DNA of 63,601 nucleotides, filler included, from Hyphochytrium catenoides (Eukaryota; Protista; Hyphochytriomycota): assembly GCA_900088475.1 (NCBI GenBank). It is 11 parts of 11 records of this genome, joined end to end, with 100 filler letters (N's around TTAATTAATTAA, not from the genome) between each part and the next. Parts side by side here need not be neighbours in the genome. Positions count along the whole stretch, not along the records: positions 10,870 to 26,403 come from FLMG01003581.1; 10 more parts are not named here. One strand, given 5' to 3'. A program made the position numbers and the translations under genes. Each line of letters starts with the position of its first letter. Position 1 is the first letter of the stretch. The notes under the pieces were generated by a model, which saw only the letters and a program-made list of their open reading frames with translations, searched no databases and was not told the origin of the DNA. This document shows, piece after piece, positions 12,414-24,874 of this stretch.

Positions 12414-13125
12414 TGATTCACTGATTGCTCAATGCTAGCCTCTAGCCTGCTACTCGTAGCTGCGAGGAACCGCAGCTTTAGCGTCACGGCGTCTCAACTT
12501 GATCCTCTCCGTCCTCTCCCCAACTAGATCGCTGTCAGTCATATGCGGGGTTGTGCCGCAGCTTCGTTTGTTCCTCCGTATGGTGTACTTCAACCACAAG
12601 AGAGCAGCTCCTTTCGCTGTGTCATCTGTAGGCTTGCAGCATGATGCGGCAATCTCAATCTGTCAAAGTCCTAGAAGACTATCAAGACCATGCTTTGAGT
12701 TGTGAGATTGTGAGTAAAACGGACAGCTTTGTAAGTAAAACCCGTAGTATCTAGAGGTTACTTTTCCCAGTTATTTTTATTGTAAGAAACGCCAAAGACT
12801 CGGTTTTGTCTTCTGCGCCTTCAGAAGCCTGTCTTTTGGGGAATGGGCTGAGATCTACGATCCAAATCACCGCACTTGTTGACGTTCTCATACCGCCCTA
12901 GCGGCTAGCGCATCGGCACCGTAGGGGCCATCGTACTGGAAACGCAAAGAGACCGACAATATCCGCAGTAAGTCCCGCGGTGACTGCTGCTGTTGTCAGA
13001 GGACTCATCTGCGTCTGTTCGCACCTGGCGAAAGCACTAGGGACCAAGGGACTAACAATGTGTTACTAGCTGGACAGTCGGAGGCTAAAAGCTTTCTGAA
13101 GGAATGGGAGGCACCACAGCAGCCA

Positions 13126-14434
13126 TGAGATCCATGGCTTGTCGAATTTGTCTGAGCTTGCTGCTGACTCTGGCAGTCGTGGCTCCGCTTCTGCCGACTA
13201 GCTGTCATGCTTGGGGCGGCGGTCAGGGAGTGGACATGAGGTATTCCCTACGACAGTTATATAGAGAACTCGACCTGGAGCCGTCAGCCTCAGAACAAGA
13301 AGTACGTAAAGCTTTCAAGAGATTAGCCCTGAAGTACCATCCAGATAAGAGCGGAGATGACCAGAAAGCTCGTGAAAGATACCTTCGAATCAGTAACGCC
13401 TATGAGATACTCACTGACCCCCGGAAGAGAGCAGCTTTAGATGAAGACACAGGTCATTACCCTCAGAGGAGACGTGCGTCGCGGTCGCAACGCGATTTCT
13501 ACGAGTTTAGAGATCAGGTTAGCTTGTATTCCGTCAAACTCTTGCTGACAGAACTCGCGGTTTACCTCTTGTTCTTCTTGCAACACACGTTGAAGAGCGG
13601 GGCCAGATACTATTCCAGTCATGGCTCTTACTATGAAGCGAATGACTTTTTCCGTGCATCCAGGTAGCTGTGATATCACCTTTGGCCCGTGCAGCAATGC
13701 TCCTCACTTTCATCAAATGGACAGAGACAGTAGCAGCCAACTTGGCTCGCTAGAGGATATTCTGGGTTATCTACTCACAGTGCTGATTGGACTGCTGATA
13801 CTGGTTATGCTAGTTCAAGCTATGCCATCGGAGCCATATCAAAGACCCTCTGAGGTATAACTAATGCGGCACCGATATGCATGTCAAAAACAGCTTAGGA
13901 AGCTATTACTTGGTTCACAGGAAGAGAGGAGTAAAGGAGGCTCCAAGGCGTCATGCAGCTGTCATACCAATGCGTCTCTTCTAGGTGTACGCCTATTTCA
14001 TTGGAACCCTAGCCTCTTTGAGAAGAAAGGCAAACGTTTCGCAATATATATCGCAGGCAGAGGAGCAGGTGAGGGGAAATCGGGTCTGTCCTATTGAGCC
14101 ACTTCCATATCTAAATATCTGGAACTTAGAAAACAGGGAATGGATGGACTTCAACGCGGTTGCTCGAGTCTTTGCCGCAGACCCCATCCTATTCTGTTGG
14201 GCCCATAACGGTAGCTGTTCGACCCAAGAAGACCCTCGCTGGGACGAGCTCCTTAAGCAAATCCTTCCCCCACAATCACCTTCCGAGGTGTCTCGGATTG
14301 TCGTACTAGGCCCCAGGGGATCCAAGTATACTATCTACGAGGAACAAGTAGAGTACCAGTCGCTCCGTCAGTGGTTCACCAAGCTTGTCTGTGGCGAGAT
14401 AGTCATGCAGCCTTGCTCCTTCAGAGCTGAATGA
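13126..14434 (+). CDS. Signal-peptide J-domain co-chaperone with TM helix and C-terminal domain (DNAJC16-like layout), spliced
   Basis: Hydrophobic N-terminus; LYRELDLEPSASEQEVRKAFKRLALKYHPDK...ISNAYEILTDPRKRA with intact HPD; TM segment ILGYLLTVLIGLLILVMLV. Confidence 0.85.
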
Positions 14435-15123
14435 CTGCAACAGCCGGTCTATATGGAACCCAAGCAGTCCTACAAGAGATATTGATGCCGTTGACCCGGT
14501 GCCATAGTAGCACCAGCTGCTGGTATTATACTGCATCGTGAGTACAGGTAGCCGGAAAGATGTAAATCAAACAGAAACCTAGCAGCAGTCAGCCTGCTTG
14601 TCCTCCTTACTTTATCAAGACAAGGCTGTCTTACAAGGCTCGGTCGGCGACAGTACGCACGTCACCACGCGTATCCACGACTTATTCGACCTCCTTCACT
14701 AGACGCCCATGACTAGGGCCGGCCGCTAGGAGGTCAACGGCTCATAGCGACTGAGTTCCCTCCCTCAGAGCCCCAAACATCAGAATCAGAAGCAAATGTG
14801 TACCAACATACTAAAGACGTTACTGGACTTGTATTGCGGAATCTGGTCAGTTGGATTCCTAAATAAGAACAGAGTGCCGAGCTCATGTTCTAAATCCATT
14901 AAATGAGAGCACTCAGGTTTGAGATCACATCATCAAACGATTGAGAGATTGAGAGACGGGCAGTAGTTTCTGACTAACCTGTCATCATCGGCGTTGGAGA
15001 GCTCTCAGCTCACTCCCTCACATATCTTGTGTGAGAGGTTCTGGCGCACTATGCTCTGCTTCACTAGCTCGTACTGCTTGGTATCTAGCTGTATGGTGAG
15101 CTTAACGAGCACAACAGGAAGCA

Positions 15124-16726
15124 ATGCCTAGTGTAAGAACTCGGAGAACACGGACTCAAACAGTCTTGACAGTCCTTGGGCTCTTTCAAGGTTACCTGGT
15201 CTATAATGTAGCAAGAAAAGCACTTGGCGTCACGTCTCAAGGTAAAGCTACGCCCTTCAGAGAAGGTATCCGGTATTAGTTGTGCTACTGCTTACCCGCT
15301 TAACATTTCATTCTTCAGAGCTAATGAGCGACGGGAAGCTAAATTTGACAGAGGCACAACTGGGATTATTGTCCACCTGCTTCACACTAGCCTATGGTCT
15401 CAGTAAGTTTGTATCAGCTGTGGCATCTGACTTCATCTCCAGTCGAAGCTTGTTTGTCTTGGGGCTAGTCGTCACGAGTCTTGCTAGTTTTGGAGCCGCC
15501 TTCACGGCAGCTCTCTTGCCATTATGTGTCCTATCTACACTTCACGGGGCGGCACAAGGAATCGGATGGCCCGCACTGGCATCTATCTGCCTCAGCACAT
15601 TGTCGGAGGCCAATGTTGGTGCGTGTACTTGGCATAATCCGTCTCAATCAAAGCATTGTTCTCTTACGATTGTCATAGGAAAAGGTTGGGCATTGCTGAC
15701 TTCAGCTGGTTACATCGGAAGCAGTATCGGCCCAGCTATTCTTACTTTGTCTCCACAGCTTCTTAGCACGTGGGCTTACAATTCCTGGTCAGGGCCCTTT
15801 TTGATTGCTGGGGCTGCGGCAATCCTCTCAGCTTTGTTCTCCTACATCTTGCTCTGTGAACCACTGCGTTCAGGTAACAGCATTATTCTATGAGTTATAC
15901 TATGTCTATTCACGATCCCTTTCTAATGTGAAGAGAATCTATCAGGGAATATGTTACAGGGAGAAGTCAGGAAAAAGGAGGAGGCAGCTCTACACGACGG
16001 GTCGACTTCAAAGTCCAATACTTCTTCTATCTGGCATTCCTCTTTCATGGCTATCGTACTAGCCAACGGCCTGGTCCTCTTTGTTCAAAAGGCTATCGGA
16101 GACTGGTCGTTCCTATTCCTACGGCAGGCATCAGGTAGAGACTTTTACGCTTCAGGGTACTAAAAAACGCTGCTAGGCTGAGTATATGCACCAAAACTTT
16201 AGGAATGTCCCCATCGCTCGCCCCGGGTCTATCAATGGAAGCCGCCGTTGATGCTCTTGTCGTGTTTGAAATAGGGGGAGTGGCCGGAACTTTCTTGTCC
16301 GGTTTCCTTTCCGACCTAACGGACAGAAAAGATGTCACGAGCTGCGCATTCAGTGTCGGCGCCGTGTTCTCACTCAGCCTATTCTACTTTGAAAGTGTCG
16401 CATTGGCCCTTCCTCGCACGGCTTTCTACTGCTGCGTCTACTTTCTTTTGGGATTGGCCTTGGCTGGTCCAAAGACTGTATCGGGTATCTGGGTTAGACA
16501 ACTAGCCCCGCCCAAAGCTGCTGGGACAGCAGGAGGTATTCTCAGCCTTGCTGTGCAGCTTCTAGCCGCCATGGCCGGTAGTCCCTTGGGCCTCATTATA
16601 CAGATGTATAGCTGGAGCTACATGTTCTCCACTTTGCTCCTTGCAATGACGCTATCGAGCATTCTCTTTCTTTATCTAATAGTCGCAGATCGCCGGCCAG
16701 GTTGCGCTAAACACAAGGACCTCTAA
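15124..16726 (+). CDS. MFS sugar-phosphate transporter (SLC37/UhpC/GlpT family), spliced
   Basis: GYLVYNVARK, LGLLSTCFTLAYGLSKFVSAVASD, AQGIGWP, FEIGGVAGTFLSGFLSD, APPKAAGTAGG motifs; multiple TM helices. Confidence 0.88.
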
Positions 16727-16849
16727 CTGGGTCAAAACAGGGACAGCGGTGGTGCCAAAGCATACCCTAGCCTCTGAAGCCTCTATAAAAGAAAGGACGG
16801 GGGTCTTGCTCCGACGCTAGTCTTAGACCTATCATTGGGCTCTCTTGTG

Positions 16850-19800
16850 ATCTCACTGACCAAAGAGGTGTAGAAGTCGACCTCTCGTGCCAATGCCGGA
16901 TCTGGGCTTGTCATAGACTTTCTGGGGGATGCGCCTGATAGTCTGTGGCCGCTGCTGCCAGTAGGCGAAGTTAAACATCAGCGTTCACAACAATGGACAA
17001 TTCAACGTAAGAACTCGCCATCAGCGAGAAGATGGAAAGATGGAAGAACCTGTCTGAACGCCCTGAGCCCCTCCTAAGCAGGTCCGCTGAGAGCGGGCGG
17101 ACGTGGTTGAGCTTGTCCTTCTGGACATCGAAGGGATGAGCCTCTTTGATGGATTGTAACCACATTTCCCATCAGACTCTTACCTCTGAAGAGCTGGAGG
17201 TCATGGAAGTAGCGTTCGGCGATAAGGTGAACGGTGTAGGTTTCGGAATCTAGAGAAAGAAAAGCTAAATATGTACTCATTGGTGTAAAGAAGACGTAAA
17301 GCTTCCTACTTGGGCTCTGGGAGCCTCGCTTCTTGATGGAGCTAGAGACTCATTCAGATTTTTGTCCTCGCTGTTGGCCCCGGCCGTGATCGCAGAAGAA
17401 GATGATGGGGAGGGGCCAGCTCCCAGATTGTCTACAAGCCTGGTTCCGGAATCTGCTCTCTTGGGGCTTGAAGGGGGGATCGACAGGTTATCTAGCGCTG
17501 TCAGTCTTTTTCTAAGTCTATGTATCTCCTGCTGCAGAGTCTCTCTTTCTCTGCTCCAAGTCTCCTGTAGAAACTAGATCAAGAGGTTTAAATTACCTGC
17601 TCCTTATCAAACTCTCCATGGACCGGCATCTTTACCTTTTCCCTCTTTGTTAGTTGTGACTTCATAAGGGATGTCATCTTCTGTTGAGTCTCATATAAGG
17701 ATCGTTCTTGTTCCTACAAACGAGAGTATTCTCCCGGTCTTAGCCCAGGGTACCAAGAAATGAAGGTTACTATAGACCTACCTTTTCCAATTGTGCCACC
17801 TTCTCTTCGTGCTCTGCTCTCAGGTGTTCGACATAGCTGGCATGGTCTTCTATCAGCTTTTTGGTCTGCTCTCACCATGTAAGAAGCGAAAAGGCAAGCC
17901 AGTCAAGAGGAACAACCGTACCTTCTCTCTTATTGAAGCTAGTGTACGGTCGTGATTTTTCTTCAGTTCCAAAATTTCGTTATCATGAGCCTGCTCCATC
18001 TTGAGCTTCAGAATATAAAACTCCTGGGACTTCGCGCCCAGCTCATCTTTACAGGCCTGGAGTTAAGGAAGAGACTCCATTTAGTCTGGCATAAGAGTGA
18101 AGATGGCATAGCCAGCCGGAGTAAGCTATGCCCTAATCGAGTAGGACTTACCTGCAGGTCAACCCGCAAGGAGCTGATCTCCCCTTCCGATGCAGCAGCA
18201 GCTTGCGTGAGTAGCTCTTCTCTTCGCTTTCTCTCAGCTTCAAGCTGCCGTAACGCCCTCTCTCTTTCCTACAACAAGTCTTAGAAGTAATCTCAAAGCT
18301 TGGGTTCACAAGCTGTAACATACATGCTGCACTTGCAATTTCAGCTGCTCAATTTCTGACGAGAGGGTTAGCTCCCTCCTCTTGGCCTCCTCCTCACTCT
18401 CCTTCTGTCTTCTTGACATCTCTGCGGAGTGCGCCTCTCTTTCGGCAACCTATGAATAAAAGACGTTACGAGTTAGTTCCGTCAGAATATGAAAATAGCT
18501 GCTCTCTTTCCCTTCATACTGCTGAAGGCCCAACCCCATGTCTTCCACAAACTTCAGAGAAGCTATTCCCTAATAGGCACACTACCGTTTGGCTTTGGTG
18601 TTCTGTCTGCAGAGTTTGAAGCTGATCCTTTAGGTGTTGCACTTCTACGTCCTTGCTGCTTCTCATGGCTTCTATTTCTGCCCGCAAAGCTTCAGGAGGA
18701 CAAGAGGGGTCAGCACTGGCACATGTCTTTATCACTTAGATTAACTGATGCTTACTGATGGCCTCAGTCTGCGCTTGTGTATGTAAGCTGTCTCTGAGGC
18801 TCTTCTCTCGCTCTGCCCAGTTCTTCTTATAGTCCTGCACTATGCGCTGGAGGTTCTGCAGGGTGTGCTTGTATACTCTCCTGCGGGACTACCGATAGAC
18901 GAATCGGGCCAGAGGTAAGCAGATTTCGGTCGTGGTATCGAACTCATTTTCAATACATGCCTTCTCTTTTGCTGTCGAGGCATGGACATAAGCACGGAAG
19001 AATTGCTCTATCGCCTGGAGCTCCTTAGCAAAAACGGTGTTGGGTAAGGTTGGTGCAGGAGACACAGAAGCAGTAATAGCTGGAGCCATTATATCTGGAC
19101 CTAGGTAAGAAATGGATGGTAAATCAATAAAGAACAACGACGACTTGGCACGGCGAGTGAGGGTTAGAAGAAGAAGGAGAGGAAGATGTTCTCATAAAGG
19201 GAGACCTGTCTCAGGAAGAAAGAAGAGGAACGAGAGACGCCATAGCAGGATGATGACAGGTAGAGCCAAAGTGTACACGGTCAAGTTGACTGAGAAACGC
19301 GAGAGACAAAGTGATCGTGCAACCAAGGGAAACACCGTACCAGTCTCTAGCTCTTCATTATACCCAATGGCCGTGGAAGGAGTGAGCAGGTCGTCCATAG
19401 TCTCAATAGAACTCTGTAGAGCTGCTCGCTGAACATGATCTCGTAGCCAGGAGGCATAGCTCGAGTAGACTTCCCACTCAGAAGCCAACTCTACACCGTT
19501 TCTCGTTTTGTCCGCCGTGGGCGTCGCAGGGGCTTTTCTTTGAAAGTGCTTGGCGTCGTCATCTTGATTGGAACTTTCAAGAGGTTCTGATCTTCCCGAT
19601 CTTGTCTGGTCCATTAACTGCCTCTATATAGCACGGGCTCATGTTAGACATGAAGAGGTTACGAACAGAAAAAGGAACCTACTCTGAGCTTCTCCATAGT
19701 TGCCTGCTGCCGTTTGAGGCGCTTCTCCAGTTTCACGTTTTCGGCTATAATTTCCCTGCTAATACTATCCATCAGTACATCGTCCTGTCCGTGGCCTTCT

Positions 19801-20960
19801 CCTCTAGGGGTTGGCTTAGGCATGCTCGCCTCTCGAAGTGGTCGACTGAGCTCTTCAAGGTATTCTTGAATCCTCTGTTTGCTCTGTTCAGAGGCCAAAG
19901 AAGTGCTTTTCTTACCCTGTTTCTGGGCATCTTCAGGCTTCTTCGCCAACAACCGGCTCTAATGAGAAGGACTTTCCCGCATTAGTGAGGCTGACAAAGC
20001 CACTTCTATCCCCTTCCTACTCCATTCGGTCTATTATAAGGCTTTCCCTCGGGTTGTCTCTCTACTCTTGCTTGCTTCTACTAGACCAGCTCAAGCACTT
20101 CAACACTGACCATCCGGTGTCACTAATCCTGCCAAGGCCCTAACTTCCTAAGAATGGGGTCTTACCCGTAGCTTCTCGAATCTCGCTTGAATATTATTGA
20201 GCTCCTGCACCTCAAGATCTGTGGGAGAGCCCTTGTCGTCCCAGGCAGGAAAGTTAGACTCCACGTCAGTTAGCACTTTTGCTTGCTGTGCCTGCTTCAA
20301 AATTTGCCTCCGCTGTCCGCTGCTATGTCTGAGCTCGGTAGCTTGCAGGTCTCGGTCTCCTAAAGCTTCTCCCTCTGTTGTGCCAGGTCCGATATCCTGC
20401 CATCCTGCTCTCACTTCACTGCTTTGCGCTATCTTTCCTTCCGGGATACTTTCGTCTTTTACTTCTCCATAGTGAGCTCTGCCTCCTCCTACGGATCCTG
20501 GAGGACTCGGCTCCTTTGGAAACAGACTCCTAGCACGCGGGATCGCGGCAGACCGAAGAGATGAAGAAGACGCGACCGATCTAAGGGAAGACTGAGTGGC
20601 CAAACTGGGAACCTCACGCCTAGATTCAGGTGCTGTAGCCCGTTCCATACCGTCATTCTCCCAAGTTTGTCGTTGAGGACCTGCAGGCTCCCACTTCTCG
20701 CTCGTCGTCGAACTCCTCCTCCCTGCTGTAAGGATATCTCCAAAGGCAGATATCTCGCGCGCGACCTCCAACACCCGTTCTCTATCTAGGGTTGGTCTTA
20801 GTAAAGGAAGCTCATTACTGTTACTTGTTGAGGATGCCAGGCTGCCAATGGATGTAGCCCTTTTGAACGTGGATGATCTATGGTCCCGGCTGTCCACACG
20901 AATGTGCGAAGCCCTTGGCTCCTCTGGGGGAGGGATGCTCCCTAGGTCAATCGCCGCCAT
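16850..20960 (-). CDS. Large multi-exon coiled-coil protein with disordered N-terminus, family not recognised; ends approximate
   Basis: Chain of minus-strand ORFs with heptad-like, Glu/Lys/Gln-rich segments (ELNNIQARFEKLR; ENVKLEKRLKRQQATMEKLR; ALRAEIEAMRSSKDVEVQHLKDQLQTLQ) bounded by GT/AG signals. Confidence 0.5.
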
Positions 20961-22859
20961 TTTCGCTGGCTAGCCTTCCGCTCGGAAGTTGTGGGACACA
21001 AAGCCCATTTTGGTGGCTCCTAAGCGTCGATCCAGATTCTTGCACAAGAGGTGGCATCCCGGCCGGTGGTCAGTTCAAGCGATCTGGACTAACTTTGACA
21101 TCTTCGCTGCTCTAGGGAAAAGCCCTGCCCGAAGCCTGACGTCTGCAAAAGAGGACGCTATCCGAAGACAGAGCCATCGACAGGTTGCCGAGGCCAGAAG
21201 GAGCTACGGCGTTCGGTCCGGGATCGTGTCTGGATGTCCGATGATCTCCTCTCCTCTTCCATCGGAGACAGAGCTCTTGTAGAGAATAACGGATCAGAGG
21301 AAGGATCACTAGCAATACTCAAACACCTTGCAGAGCTCCCCCACGAGCCGGGAGGGAACGGGTAATCTATGGAAGATATGACTAATGTTAGCTATGGGAT
21401 AACAGACACACTATACCACCCCGAGGAGGAAGTGAGGTTACCACTGCTGACAGAAGATGTTGCTGCTGCTGCTGTTGCTGGTGCCGCCCCGCATTCCCAT
21501 CTTCTCATCACTGCTATTTATCATCGGTGGCAGGAGTGAAGGCACCATTCTTCGAGAGAAGGCGACCCGAAAAACAACTCGGAAACTAGGGGCGGGAGGC
21601 AGCATCAATGCCTGGAGAAGAGAAGGCAACCCGAAGAACAACTAGGAGAAGTAGTAGCAATGGAGGGAGTGAATGCAGCACCAGTGCCTCAAGAAGAGAA
21701 GGTGACCTCGAAGAAGAACAACTTGGAGAAGTAGCGGTGGTAGCACCAACTGCTAGGCCTCACAAGCATCAGCATCATCAACAACAACAGCCGATCGATA
21801 ATAGAATGAGGCAGAAGAGTTCTCCTCGTCTTTCGCTGGGAAGAAAAACCAACGAGAAAAGGAGACGCCGCTTGCCATCGATGACTGATGATCAAGGAGG
21901 TGAGCGTTTGTTGTACCAAGATGGTAATGAAGAAGCTCGAAGTGAAATGATGGACGAAGATGGAAACGGGCATACCTGGAGTGGTCGAATAGGAGGAGGA
22001 GGGAAAGAGGAAGAGTTGCAGCAGCTAACATCACGTCATCTGCGCTGCTGATGGAGGCCTGGCTCCTGATGGTGACCAGGGGGAGGAGGGGGGACATGGG
22101 ATGGAAGTACGATGCGGAAGGTCGTGATGCTAGTGGCGGTGATGAAGAAGAAGACGATAGTGTGGTGCAGGGCATCATCGCACCCGACAGGAATAGGAGG
22201 GCATCCGCGGTAGGTGGCATTGATAGTTGGGGTGGTGGAGGCACTTCCTCTGCGACTAGTGTCTTCAGCGTGAGGCAGACGGCCACTGCAGAAATACCTG
22301 AGGCCGAGGCTCCTCCGTCACTTAGGTTGCTCATCGTGTACAAGCTAGACGCCCCACCTAAAACCTCTGTGGCTTCCGATGGGTAGGCAGAAATTCTCAC
22401 AGGGTGGCAAGTTCAAGGAGAAGAGGTCATCTGGGAAGCACATCTTCGCCCGGCGGATTCTTCATGAAGTGACTCTCACTTCCGGTACGACAGCAGTTTC
22501 TTGATAGGATTTCTGAAAGTGTCAAACAGAAAGCGTAGGTGGTCCGGATCTTGCCTGGATAAAGATTGACGAGAGCGAAGTGAAGGATCACCACCATGCG
22601 AGGAGTAGGGATAACATACCGCCAGATTTGCTGCTTTTTCGTGACAAGGAAGGTAAGCGGGTCTTTGAGGAAGACGGCGAAGCTGGCATCAGAGTTCTCC
22701 ATCACGCAGGTGAGTATCTCACCATACCACCGCCACCGCCCCACCCCACCCCTAGCATTAGTTACAATGTGCGGGAATCAGGATATATAAACTGTCCTGA
22801 TTTTAGGCATGGGAAGTATTATTCCTTGGTCCGCAGAACATACGGTCTGCACTGCTAGC

Positions 22860-23600
22860 TATGCCGAGTGTGATGTCGTGGCTGGGGACGAGGTGTCTTT
22901 ATACGGTTTGGCTCCAGAGGGTCCCGGTCGTGTTACTCTTGCCAATGCAGTCATCATGCGAGAAGGAAGGCATCTCAGGTATATAGCAGAAAGTAAGTCG
23001 CTCTTCTCACACTAGCACTTTCGTTGGTAAATGGCCCTAGCAAGTAGAAGAGTTAGACGATGAAGACTATACAGAGCTCCCGGACACGTGGGTATATGTC
23101 AGGCTGACAAATGTGAGTACCACTTTCAGGGACTATGGCTCAACTATGTTGAAGCTTGCACGACAATGTAGTCAACATTGCTGGACCCGACTAATCTACG
23201 TGCCAAAGTCAAGGTTAGGGCTGGGGCCAGAGTGGTACTGGTGGTGACCACTAAGGTAGGAAGGGGCGTTTTGAAGGCAGGAACTTTCAGTACTACCCTT
23301 ATTGAGGCCGCAGACGACCACTCTTCAGTCAAAGTATATGTATATACTGGATGGAGAGGAAAGCAAATCCTCGAGAGTTGTGACTATACGACCACTTACA
23401 GTCAGTCTATGGCAGATCCCAAGTATGGCACTGGGTCTCGAACGTAGTTTCCTTTTTGATTGGCTTTTAGTTTGACTTTCCATCAAACCCGAGGCATGAC
23501 CTTTGCCAATTTGATTCTATTTACTCGATGGGAGCGATTGCCTGGAGTGCTCGATTCGGCACTTGATCAGGCTAGGTCTATAGATGGGTTGTACTTCACT
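22860..23600 (+). pseudogene. Degenerate Pif1/RecD-like (SF1B) helicase relic, possibly from a Helitron or virus
   Basis: Walker-B-like DVVAGDEVSL; VKVRAGARVVL (cf. LKVGAxVML); RT[Q]FPF[R]LAFSLTFHQTRGMTF...PGVLDSALDQARSIDGL (cf. RxQFPLxLAxAxTIHKSQGxT...GQxYVALSRxRSxxGL); in-frame stops and frameshifts. Confidence 0.6.
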
Positions 23601-23810
23601 GGACGGCGCAAAGGTCATGCCTCGGGTTTGATGGAAAGTCAGACTAAAAGTCAATCGAAACGGAAACTGCGTTCGAGACCCAATGCCATACTTGGGATCT
23701 GCCATTGACTGACTGTAACTGGTCGTATAGTCACAACTCTCGAGAATTTGCTTTCCTCTCCATCCAGAGATACTTTGACTGAAGAGTGGTTGTCTGCGAC
23801 CTCAATAAGG
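23297..23810. repeat. Long inverted repeat (arms 23297-23506 and 23608-23810, 101-bp spacer)
   Basis: The right arm is the reverse complement of the left with scattered substitutions and a small indel; both encode SQSMADPKYG..SRT.FPF.L.FSLTFHQTRGMTF. Confidence 0.92.
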
Positions 23811-24874
23811 CAATATCTAATCCATCTCTTAGCTAAGTCACAATCTGATACCTCATACGGCGTGCCTCTATCGACATACCCAAAAAGGCCCTTAGTTCGT
23901 CGTGAGAGGACGTCGTTCAGATGCGCTCTAAGTCCAGCGGCATCCGAACCAAAAGTCACTCCTCTTGCCATCACCGAGTAATTTGTCATCAGTCAGTCAG
24001 TTATGGGCCATCGAGGGCGATGAGCAGCTATTATTAGCTAAGTCTCCCACCGGACGGCAGATCCGTCATCTTGCTTCAGATCCTATAGCCACAAGTTGTT
24101 GCCCGGAAAGAGTCGGAACGCCATTGAGTTTAGTGAAAAGAGGCTTGAAGCCAGGGCTATCGCGCATGAGTCTTGAGACGATAGAGATACCTTGCGCAAG
24201 TAACTACAATCTACAGAAGGAATACCTTCCCCGCTGCTTAGCTATGAGGCTCGCCATCAGCATCCCAAAGGATTGTTAGAGATTCAAAAGGACTGCATGG
24301 GTCCCACCTCCTTCCTCGACGCGTATCAAAAGTACTCAAGAGATTGTACTTACAAAGGAAGAACATGATCATTAACTTCACAAAGAGCAGGTCAAACATG
24401 CTAAGTACATCATTCTGTGGATAGACGTTACGCTGGCAATAGGACGTGATCTTAGCATTGCGCTGCGCGCCTGTGTAGCAATGAGTAAGGACATTACTAC
24501 TAGCACACAGAAGCATTAAGCTCCAGGTCAAGAAGGAAGTGGTTCCTAGACCGAGCGAGGGTCACAAATCGCTGCAGCATCTTGGTGGGCAAAGAACCGA
24601 CCCTCTCTCTGAACGCGTCAGTACCTGTCTTTCCGAAGTACCCTATCAGAAACTCCCCGCATCACGGCAGCAACCCGTAAGAGCATGATGACCTCCTACA
24701 CCCGAACCTCTATTTAAGGGATCTTTCGAAGAGCGACATGCTATGGGAGCTGTCTTGATTATTAGCTTACGCACACAATGACCACTCTTGAATGTCGTTT
24801 ACAACTCGACCGAACATACAGAATGTATCTTACAAATAAGGCTGGAAGATCACAGCTCCTGAAAGGTTTGCTTA

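Noticed and set aside
21556-21734. Repeat-spacer pattern resembling CRISPR
   Set aside because: Only three poorly conserved copies, eukaryotic context, no cas genes.
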